Of a stretch of 64,000 nt of DNA, positions 57,392-64,000 are shown piece by piece; position 1 is the stretch's first letter; every line of letters starts with the position of its first letter. The notes under the pieces are model-generated. The model was given only the letters and a program-made list of their open reading frames with translations. It searched no databases and had not been told where the DNA came from. Position numbers and translations under genes: made by a program. This DNA is from an uncultured virus (IMG/VR IMGVR_UViG_3300029288_005821) (taxonomy: Duplodnaviria > Heunggongvirae > Uroviricota > Caudoviricetes). The stretch lies in IMG/VR virus record IMGVR_UViG_3300029288_005821; one strand, 5' to 3'.

Positions 57392-57518
57392 TGAAGGGAT
57401 TCCCGGGAAGATGATTAACCGAGAACCCCTTCAAACAGAGCAACGACACCAAATGACAAAAACTGGAACACCGAGGGCAGGCGAACAAAACCTGCGACCG
57501 CAAAAATGTCGTTGCTCT
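57392..57518 (-). ncRNA. Candidate small RNA: 82-nt end-paired domain plus terminator-like hairpin
   Basis: TGTATTCT at 57531-57524; 12-bp IR 57437-57448/57507-57518; 15-bp hairpin 57392-57433. Confidence 0.55.
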
Positions 57519-57538
57519 TTCAGAGAATACAATTAGAG

Positions 57539-57874
57539 TCAAGCAGCTTCATCACAGTCAACGATAGTGATTTCACCAACTTTTCTAATATCAGAAAAAA
57601 TTTCGAGAGTGGTTCTTACAGGAATTTTCTTCGCCAATTCCTTAGCTTCTTTTACCAGGAATTCTAGAAAAACAGGGATATTTCTTTCCTTATCAGCAAT
57701 TCTTTTAGTTGTTCCTGAAAGAAGATACACCATTGCCGTCCATTGACCGTAACGATTTTCTTCGATATTATCGGACGGTAAACGAACCTGAATAATAAAT
57801 TTGGTTAAGGTTGATCCTATAAATATTAAGGGATCCCAGTTAAGTGATCCACATAGATCCATCTTCTCAGACAT
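57539..57874 (-). CDS. Hypothetical protein, 111 aa
   Basis: TGTAAAGT 6 nt before ATG. Confidence 0.55.
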   Translation of the reverse strand: MSEKMDLCGSLNWDPLIFIGSTLTKFIIQVRLPSDNIEENRYGQWTAMVYLLSGTTKRIADKERNIPVFLEFLVKEAKELAKKIPVRTTLEIFSDIRKVGEITIVDCDEAA

Positions 57875-57903
57875 AGCTACACTTTACATAGATCAGATGA
57901 ATA

Positions 57904-58146
57904 CTAAATTCTGTATCTCTCTTTAATATACTGAACTGCTTCCCAAAAATTAGGAGATCCCGGGACTTTCAATTCTTTACAGAGATGATCTAACATCTCA
58001 TGATAAGTTGGTGGAGTCCAAGAGTCGTCTTCTGGTCTTGGACTCAACACCAATTCTATTCTTTCAGAATGCTGTTCAGGATCAGCAACCTCCGATCCTG
58101 GATCTGTTTCATTCATATGATCACCAATATGGATCATAGAATACAT
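57904..58146 (-). CDS. Hypothetical protein (likely start at MNETD)
   Basis: Follows the upstream stop on the same strand. Confidence 0.5.
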   Translation of the reverse strand: MYSMIHIGDHMNETDPGSEVADPEQHSERIELVLSPRPEDDSWTPPTYHEMLDHLCKELKVPGSPNFWEAVQYIKERYRI

Positions 58147-59134
58147 CGAACATATACGCAGAAATCAAAACATCATATGGATCAACCCAACCGTAACTAA
58201 CATACCCATAACTTTGGGTGAAGACAACCGGAGTTTCAGTAATAATAGTGTCAGTTTGACTTGCCCCTAATGGGAGTGAAAGATCAACTAAAGAACCACA
58301 ACCAGAGCAAACTTGGTCACCCGGATATAAAAGTGATTTGCACTTAGGACATTCAAAAGCATCAGGAGGCGGAGGTGCAAACTGATGTCCACATGACGGA
58401 CAACCTGTAAAAGGTTGTCCATTTTGTTTAGCATCATCTTGAAACATAGCGAGAGGAATTCCGCAATTTCCGCAAGGAAAACTATCGCGTTTCCTATTTT
58501 CAATTTGGCAAGCAGTATATAAAGCCTGCATTCGTCGTGAAGCAACTTCAGGATCACCATCTTGATCCATTTCTTGCCATTTGAAAGAACCCGCGACAGT
58601 TTCTTCTATTTGCTTAAAGATTCTCCCATCGAGTAAGTGGAAATAGAAGTTGTTACTCGAATAATGACCAGAACCTAATCGATAAAGAAAAACCACTTCA
58701 TGTGGATCGATTTCTTTCCCGATCTTATTCCCTGACCATTGAATGAGAGCCAGACGCATATCTACAGCATCTGGATTGTCTACTTGAACAAACCGGGGAT
58801 CGAAAATATCCCAGCGAACTTCAGCTGGTCTTTCTGGTGAGATCCATTCATCCGGAGTAAGTTCACGTAAATCGACTGCGATACAAGGATTGAATTGTCG
58901 AATCGTATCGATAGCTCCGATAAAGGTCTTCATGAGTCGTCGACCTTTATCGGTAGCAGTATATCGACCTGCTTCATCAACCATTAAACCAGCCTTCACC
59001 ATATCAGCAAGAACATGACTCAAGAATCTCTCATCGCCTTTAAGCGGTGAAGTGAAACGAATATTTTGTTCAAGTGATAGGTAAAGAATGGACGCCGCAA
59101 GAATTCGAGCTTGCCAGGGGATTAATTCAGCCAT
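58121..59134 (-). CDS. Winged-helix plus double Zn-ribbon protein (start revised to MAELIP)
   Basis: MVKAGL......YTATDKG; four CxxC pairs; aromatic tail. Confidence 0.65.
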   Translation of the reverse strand: MAELIPWQARILAASILYLSLEQNIRFTSPLKGDERFLSHVLADMVKAGLMVDEAGRYTATDKGRRLMKTFIGAIDTIRQFNPCIAVDLRELTPDEWISPERPAEVRWDIFDPRFVQVDNPDAVDMRLALIQWSGNKIGKEIDPHEVVFLYRLGSGHYSSNNFYFHLLDGRIFKQIEETVAGSFKWQEMDQDGDPEVASRRMQALYTACQIENRKRDSFPCGNCGIPLAMFQDDAKQNGQPFTGCPSCGHQFAPPPPDAFECPKCKSLLYPGDQVCSGCGSLVDLSLPLGASQTDTIITETPVVFTQSYGYVSYGWVDPYDVLISAYMFDVFYDPYW

Positions 59135-59135
59135 A

Positions 59136-60068
59136 TTAGCGTCCCTTACTTCTGGAAACTGGTGCTGAAGCTTTTGAAGGTGTCGAAGCTCTTGAAGGTG
59201 TCGAAGCACCTGAGGAAGATTTCATGGTCGGTGTTGATTGTTGTCTTGGAGCAGGTGAAGGTGTGGAAGCTCGAGGAGTGTTATCAAATGCAGCACCCTT
59301 TGGTCTCACATTATTTGAATTTGTCCGAAAATCGCCAGAGACGCCAGATGCAGCTGATCGGAGGGAATTCGAATTCGTAGCAGGTGCTGATCGATTTACG
59401 AAACTTGACTGACTGAAAGTTGCCGGAGGTTTTGAAACTGGCGCCGGATTGATTCGAGTCGTAGTTTGATAAGTTCGTTGCGTCTGCACGAATTGCTGAC
59501 GTGGAACTGAACGAACATAAACATAGCTACTCGGAACTGTCCCGTAATAAGCAGCCCGGTTTATTGCATGTGCCCAAAGAAGAAAACTCAGACTTCGTTC
59601 TAATGGATTAGTATAATAATAGTCCCGATAACCGGAAACGACATTCGTATAATTCGCATTCATCACGGGTTGACCATTTTCCTCCGTGAATCTGATAACT
59701 GCGATTTGTTGTTCCGGACCACCCCCTGATGGTTTTGCAACAAAGTCGAATTCTCTATCGACTGGAGAATTCGTTTGAGCTTCTCTTACTTGAACATAAT
59801 CACGTTGTTGATCTTTATCGATATCAACATTATTGATCGGATTTTGCGCACCCTCGTTGATTTTTACTTCAAGTGCTGAAGCATTTTCAATACCGGAATT
59901 GATGAGGCCACCTATCAAATTCAACCCGAAGTCTTCAGGTGCAAGCATTGCTTGCATTTGATTTACTTGAACAACCGGAGGTAAATTCCCATTTTGACGG
60001 TAACCACTCGGTTGATTATTGTTGCAAGCGGTGAACACTAGAATCAATAACATCGCCCAAATTTTCAT
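59136..60068 (-). CDS. Lipoprotein with Ser/Thr/Pro-rich tail
   Basis: Lipobox-like FTAC after a hydrophobic stretch; EF-hand-like DIDKDQQRD; AAGGAG SD. Confidence 0.7.
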   Translation of the reverse strand: MKIWAMLLILVFTACNNNQPSGYRQNGNLPPVVQVNQMQAMLAPEDFGLNLIGGLINSGIENASALEVKINEGAQNPINNVDIDKDQQRDYVQVREAQTNSPVDREFDFVAKPSGGGPEQQIAVIRFTEENGQPVMNANYTNVVSGYRDYYYTNPLERSLSFLLWAHAINRAAYYGTVPSSYVYVRSVPRQQFVQTQRTYQTTTRINPAPVSKPPATFSQSSFVNRSAPATNSNSLRSAASGVSGDFRTNSNNVRPKGAAFDNTPRASTPSPAPRQQSTPTMKSSSGASTPSRASTPSKASAPVSRSKGR

Positions 60069-60128
60069 ATACTCTCCTTAAAATTAGTGACTTCAAAAAA
60101 CTCGAATTTACATCTAGTATAATTCATC

Positions 60129-60296
60129 ATGGCTGAATTCAAATGCGTAGCATGTCATTTTCACTGGAAAGGTGAATCAGGTATGTATGCACATTGTCCA
60201 AAATGTGAAAATCTATATATTATATGGATTGATTACGAAAAAATAGCTAAAGAATATCGTATCAATAATCCCGACAGTAAAGCTTTCGGGGGCTAA
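60129..60296 (+). CDS. Small Zn-ribbon protein, 55 aa (below track cut-off)
   Basis: CVAC...CPKC; perfect TATAAT 5 nt upstream. Confidence 0.6.
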   Translation: MAEFKCVACHFHWKGESGMYAHCPKCENLYIIWIDYEKIAKEYRINNPDSKAFGG

Positions 60297-60610
60297 TCAT
60301 TCATTATATTTCGAACTATCAAATATTTTTCTATTTTTCGAATTCGATATTTTTTCCAAAGAAATAATATATACAGAAGTGATGCTATCCCTGTTTGAAT
60401 AAATAAATACCTCCAAATTCCTCGGTTAGTTATCATGAAAATCGAGTAAATTGATGAAGGGGTCATTATACAAAAAATAGGTAATCTTATGGCAGTTAAA
60501 TCATCTTTAAGTATATTAAGTCTTTGATCTGGGGTAAGTTGGACTTCACCTTCTTCCATATAATGGAATTTTCCAATTGGATCATATTTTCGAATCATCC
60601 CAGTTCTCAT
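60293..60610 (-). CDS. Two-TM protein ending VRNIMND (shared motif)
   Basis: Two hydrophobic segments. Confidence 0.55.
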   Translation of the reverse strand: MRTGMIRKYDPIGKFHYMEEGEVQLTPDQRLNILKDDLTAIRLPIFCIMTPSSIYSIFMITNRGIWRYLFIQTGIASLLYILFLWKKYRIRKIEKYLIVRNIMND

Positions 60611-60655
60611 TATTTAAATATTTCCTTCGTAGATTAACGTGTATGTACTTTATTC

Positions 60656-61093
60656 ATGAATATGAGAAAGAACCCAAAGAATCTTCTTCGATATGATTAT
60701 AAGAGAAGTCATGGTTGGTGGGTACGATTTGAACGCAAGGGCGGGAATATAAGTAGATTATTTTCAGATTCTATCTATGGAGGACGGAGAAAAGCTTACA
60801 AAGAAGCTGTTAAATTTCGTGATCACACCCGTAAAACTCTTCCAAAATATATAAGAGTCTACTCTCCAGGTCCAGGTAGAATCAAAAGGGAGATCCGGTG
60901 TTATATAACATTATCTGGTCATCGAGCATATTATGACGCCTGGGTAGCTTGGATTCGGGTAGCTCCTGGAAAAAACGCATCTACAAATGCTTCTATCGAC
61001 AAATGGGGGGTTCGAGAAGCCAAGAAAATGGTCCTCCGTTGGCTTGAAAAGAAACGAATTGAACAGAAACGAAATTACGCGAGAATTAAATAA
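60656..61093 (+). CDS. AP2-like DNA-binding domain protein (two copies)
   Basis: GWWVRF...RLFSD..YGG...A..EA..FRD and WVAW....S..KWG...A. Confidence 0.65.
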   Translation: MNMRKNPKNLLRYDYKRSHGWWVRFERKGGNISRLFSDSIYGGRRKAYKEAVKFRDHTRKTLPKYIRVYSPGPGRIKREIRCYITLSGHRAYYDAWVAWIRVAPGKNASTNASIDKWGVREAKKMVLRWLEKKRIEQKRNYARIK

Positions 61094-61446
61094 TGGGAAG
61101 TCATAGCTGGAAACTTGGGGATGATGAATGGTATCACTGTCAATTTTGTCCAGAAGTGGTACATCAGGTTCTCTTTAATGGAGAAGATATTACCCTAATA
61201 AAAAGAAGTGAAGCCATGCACGGAAATTGCATAGCTTCCGCAAATTACGACACTCATCCAAGAGTTGACTGTTGTAAAGAAGGTAGTGAATATATCGTAG
61301 AGTATCCAAATGATCAAGCAGTGGATCCTGGATATCGGCATATTAGATTAAATATTCAAACTCTCGACAAAGGATGGATAGGAAATCTTAGAATTCGCTT
61401 CTGCCCATTCTGTGGAACAGAGTATAAATTAATAAAAATGAGTTGA
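61093..61446 (+). CDS. Cys-rich hypothetical protein
   Basis: CQFC, CC, FCPFCG. Confidence 0.6.
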   Translation: MGSHSWKLGDDEWYHCQFCPEVVHQVLFNGEDITLIKRSEAMHGNCIASANYDTHPRVDCCKEGSEYIVEYPNDQAVDPGYRHIRLNIQTLDKGWIGNLRIRFCPFCGTEYKLIKMS

Positions 61447-61476
61447 TGTGCTACCGAGTCAAATCAGTAGCACATC
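61445..61476. terminator. Hairpin between convergent genes
   Basis: 10-bp IR GATGTGCTAC/GTAGCACATC. Confidence 0.6.
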
Positions 61477-61486
61477 TTCAGTTATA

Positions 61487-61870
61487 TTAGATCGGGAAGC
61501 CTAATCGATCTTTCGTAGCCTGAAATGCTTCTGGCTGAATTTCCATACCATCATCAGTTGCTCGAGCTCCAGGGAATTTAGCCTCGAGAGATTGATTGAG
61601 TCGTGAAGCAACCTCAATTTGTTCTTCAAGTAAATCTTCTCGACGAATCACATGTCTCTCGATGAGAAGTTCAATAAGGCCACCAAGTTCAATCTGAGTT
61701 TTTATCGCATCCTCACGATGATCCTGAATCGCCCGGTTTTCCCCGTTTACTTCATCACGAGTTCCTACTTGCCACTGAGAGAAAATGGATTTCCATTTTG
61801 TTACTTTGGCTAGTATTTTCGTATATTGATTTTGCAACACTTCAAGTCTTGATGGGCCGTGGGGTATCAT
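61487..61870 (-). CDS. Hypothetical protein (start revised to MIPHG)
   Basis: GGAGAGG SD before ATG 61870. Confidence 0.6.
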   Translation of the reverse strand: MIPHGPSRLEVLQNQYTKILAKVTKWKSIFSQWQVGTRDEVNGENRAIQDHREDAIKTQIELGGLIELLIERHVIRREDLLEEQIEVASRLNQSLEAKFPGARATDDGMEIQPEAFQATKDRLGFPI

Positions 61871-61886
61871 TTTAATCACCTCTCCG

Positions 61887-62465
61887 TTAGCTTGCAAGAT
61901 AAGCGGATGAAGCGTCTGCCACACCCTGTAGAGTTGTTGCTGCTCGAACATTCTGGATCACAGTTTCAGCTTCTGTGAACAATATCGTTATCCGAACCCA
62001 GATTGCTTCTACTACTGAAGTAAAATCTTGAGCCCTGGTGATATCAGTATAGGTTGATCCATCTCGAGAATGAACCCGGAATGGATAGCTCATTCCGAGA
62101 GCAGCCCATTTACCGCCAATACTATTCCACCCAAGCCATCGAGATTGATCTTCATCACTGATGGATAGATACTGTCCCGATGCTGCTGGGTATTCTACTT
62201 GCCCGGTATCTATTTTATTTTCTCGCTTTTGACATATTAGAGGGATGACTCGATTTTTCTCCGCAAGAAGTTCTGCTGCATCTACTACAGCCTTTTCTGC
62301 TGGAGTCATCTCAGTTAGTGTGTCCCCTACCAATTTCAGGTAGTGCATAGGGACTGTCTCGAGGATGGTCAAATCTGGATTGATTACCCAGTATACTGGG
62401 TCATAATCAGGGGTGTTGACACTATATATTATGACGAGTGTTTCTCGATTTAATACGTTTCCCAT
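61887..62465 (-). CDS. Probable tail-fibre-associated protein
   Basis: EMTPAEKAVVD and C-terminal AATT..V pattern seen in tail-fibre assembly-type proteins. Confidence 0.4.
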   Translation of the reverse strand: MGNVLNRETLVIIYSVNTPDYDPVYWVINPDLTILETVPMHYLKLVGDTLTEMTPAEKAVVDAAELLAEKNRVIPLICQKRENKIDTGQVEYPAASGQYLSISDEDQSRWLGWNSIGGKWAALGMSYPFRVHSRDGSTYTDITRAQDFTSVVEAIWVRITILFTEAETVIQNVRAATTLQGVADASSAYLAS

Positions 62466-62549
62466 AATTCCTCATTTCATGAATTACTGTTTCATGAATC
62501 GTCACTAAAAAGAACGAAGAATTATGGGCTTAGTAAATATCGACCATAT

Positions 62550-62723
62550 TTAGCTAAGTTCAAGTAATCTTTCAGTTCGTTCTTCCTCATCTCGTTCGTG
62601 ACAAGCACGACAACGTGGGATGTCAGGATATATCAGAAATAAATCATCCGGATAGGGTTCATTACATGGATCAATTCCTGATCCTCCACAAATCTCACAA
62701 TTATCGTAATCAGCTTGGCTCAT
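62550..62723 (-). CDS. Small Zn-finger protein, 57 aa (below track cut-off)
   Basis: CEICGGSG...CRAC; TGTATCTT 5 nt before ATG. Confidence 0.55.
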   Translation of the reverse strand: MSQADYDNCEICGGSGIDPCNEPYPDDLFLIYPDIPRCRACHERDEEERTERLLELS

Positions 62724-62756
62724 GAAATAAGATACATTTATGGTGTAATTTATATC

Positions 62757-62984
62757 ATGGCGCTCGCAAAGATCGATAAACGCAAGAAATTATCAAAAGG
62801 ACGAATCGGTTGCACATTCGTAAATACTATTGGTCTACCAGTATCTCTTCCGATAGGGACGGTAATTACAGATATAACTGGTAATACTTTCAGAGTGACA
62901 GCTCATCATTCTGAAGACGGAGAATTTACCCCATTATTGTCTCTATCTGGTGCCAAATCACCAGGTGAAAATATTGAATATTAA
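62757..62984 (+). CDS. Hypothetical protein (start revised to MALAK)
   Basis: TGTAATTT 5 nt before ATG 62757. Confidence 0.55.
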   Translation: MALAKIDKRKKLSKGRIGCTFVNTIGLPVSLPIGTVITDITGNTFRVTAHHSEDGEFTPLLSLSGAKSPGENIEY

Positions 62985-62992
62985 TCAAAACT

Positions 62993-63457
62993 GTGAAGAT
63001 AAAAGTAAAGAAAACTAAAGGTTACGTAATCATGACTCTTGTCGGGATCAACAAGAGATCAAATGAAAATACTGATATAACCATTAGTAGCGCACGTCAT
63101 ATAAGTGTTGGATATAAACGAGGATTCGTAATCATTGATTATATTGATAATTTAGCTTTGAATCCTAAAGGAACCCGAGTATCTCTCGGTTACGGTTTTC
63201 CTTGGCATGAAGATGATAAAGATGTCTGTGAATTTTCACGAGCTCGAAGTCAGGGATTTGCTGAAATTAGAAGAAAAATCGGATATATACCGAAAGGATT
63301 AACCACTAATTTTGATAGATTCCTTGCTTTAATATATGAAGATCGACGAAGAGGAGAGATAGAAAGACTTGTTGACAAACTCATTAATTTCTCAAATCCT
63401 GAGGAAATTGCTAGAATTATGAATACTGCTATCGTCAGACAAGTAATGAAGATATGA
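62993..63457 (+). CDS. Hypothetical protein ending VRQVMKI; paralogue of the next gene
   Basis: Shared WH, FSRA, IP.G.T, EDRR.GE and SN.EEI. Confidence 0.6.
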   Translation: MKIKVKKTKGYVIMTLVGINKRSNENTDITISSARHISVGYKRGFVIIDYIDNLALNPKGTRVSLGYGFPWHEDDKDVCEFSRARSQGFAEIRRKIGYIPKGLTTNFDRFLALIYEDRRRGEIERLVDKLINFSNPEEIARIMNTAIVRQVMKI

Positions 63458-63915
63458 ATTTTAAATTGAGAAAAGCTGGGAAATTTATTTCCATAGTTAT
63501 CAATAATGCACCAGCAGGAAAACCTGGAAAATTTGCTGAAAGTCTTCTCATCATTAGTTGTGCATATCAGGAATTCAGTCCGTATACTCCAGGGTATATC
63601 GTAATATCATATCAAGAAGAAATGAGAACTAGTAAAAATGAAAGTAAAATAAGACAATATTCAGCAAAATGGCACTCAGGTAATGAACCTTTTTCACGTG
63701 CCAAGAGAGATTTATTAGGAATCGTCAGAAAACTTTTCAAACATATTCCTGACGGATTCACTGAAATTGTCAATGAATTTCTTTCAGTTATTCACGAAGA
63801 TCGAAGAAAAGGAGAACTGAAAGAACACATTCGGTTCATGTTGGATATATCGAACCAAGAAGAAATTGAAAATATGGTTCGGATGGAGATCGCCGAACAG
63901 GTAATGAAATTTTAA
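63454..63915 (+). CDS. Hypothetical protein ending AEQVMKF; paralogue of the previous gene
   Basis: Same shared motifs as the adjacent gene. Confidence 0.6.
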   Translation: MNFKLRKAGKFISIVINNAPAGKPGKFAESLLIISCAYQEFSPYTPGYIVISYQEEMRTSKNESKIRQYSAKWHSGNEPFSRAKRDLLGIVRKLFKHIPDGFTEIVNEFLSVIHEDRRKGELKEHIRFMLDISNQEEIENMVRMEIAEQVMKF

Positions 63916-64000
63916 CCTTCAGGTTTAAACTGGGCTAACATTAAAATATTTCGTGTATATCGCTTTAACGTATCCTTGACTGAACTAGACTGAATCATGT

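Noticed and set aside
838..59412. Many short antisense or nested ORFs in the track (for example 31261..31713, 43840..44262, 50754..51005)
   Set aside because: They overlap better-supported genes and lack motifs or start signals.
1..64000. Stop-codon recoding
   Set aside because: Conserved genes are full length in the standard code and all three stop codons are used.
1..64000. tRNA or rRNA genes
   Set aside because: No cloverleaf found by eye; the GGTTCGA-like hit near 40460 is inside a CDS.

Overview
This 64 kb window is a densely coding segment of a large (jumbo-type) dsDNA bacteriophage using the standard genetic code. 1-10.7 kb (minus strand) is head and packaging: a partial portal missed by the ORF track, terminase subunits, and Cys-rich and acidic head-associated proteins. 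10.8-37.7 kb (mostly minus) is a bacterial-style replication, recombination and transcription block: DnaX, HolA-like, HolB-like and beta-clamp-like proteins, a primase core, 5'-3' exonuclease, NusG-like protein, SbcD, a C-terminal-only SbcC, RecD2, a PD-(D/E)XK nuclease, class II RNR, an NAD ligase split into two oppositely oriented genes, a TPP enzyme and three sigma-like proteins. 38-64 kb is an accessory region with a PurZ-type adenylosuccinate synthetase homologue, ThyX, dNMP kinase, DHH phosphoesterase, macro domain, HhH glycosylase, GalE, cell-wall enzymes and many small ORFs. Main observations: (1) the PurA homologue has PurZ-type signatures, suggesting 2-aminoadenine (Z) DNA; (2) ten mostly unrelated small proteins end in one shared C-terminal motif, [VI]-x-x-[VI]-M-x-S-stop; (3) several promoter-driven structured non-coding RNAs or leaders are visible; (4) GTAnnnT -10 boxes sit 4-7 nt before many start codons, implying leaderless mRNAs. 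All protein calls are motif recognition by eye; no searches were run.
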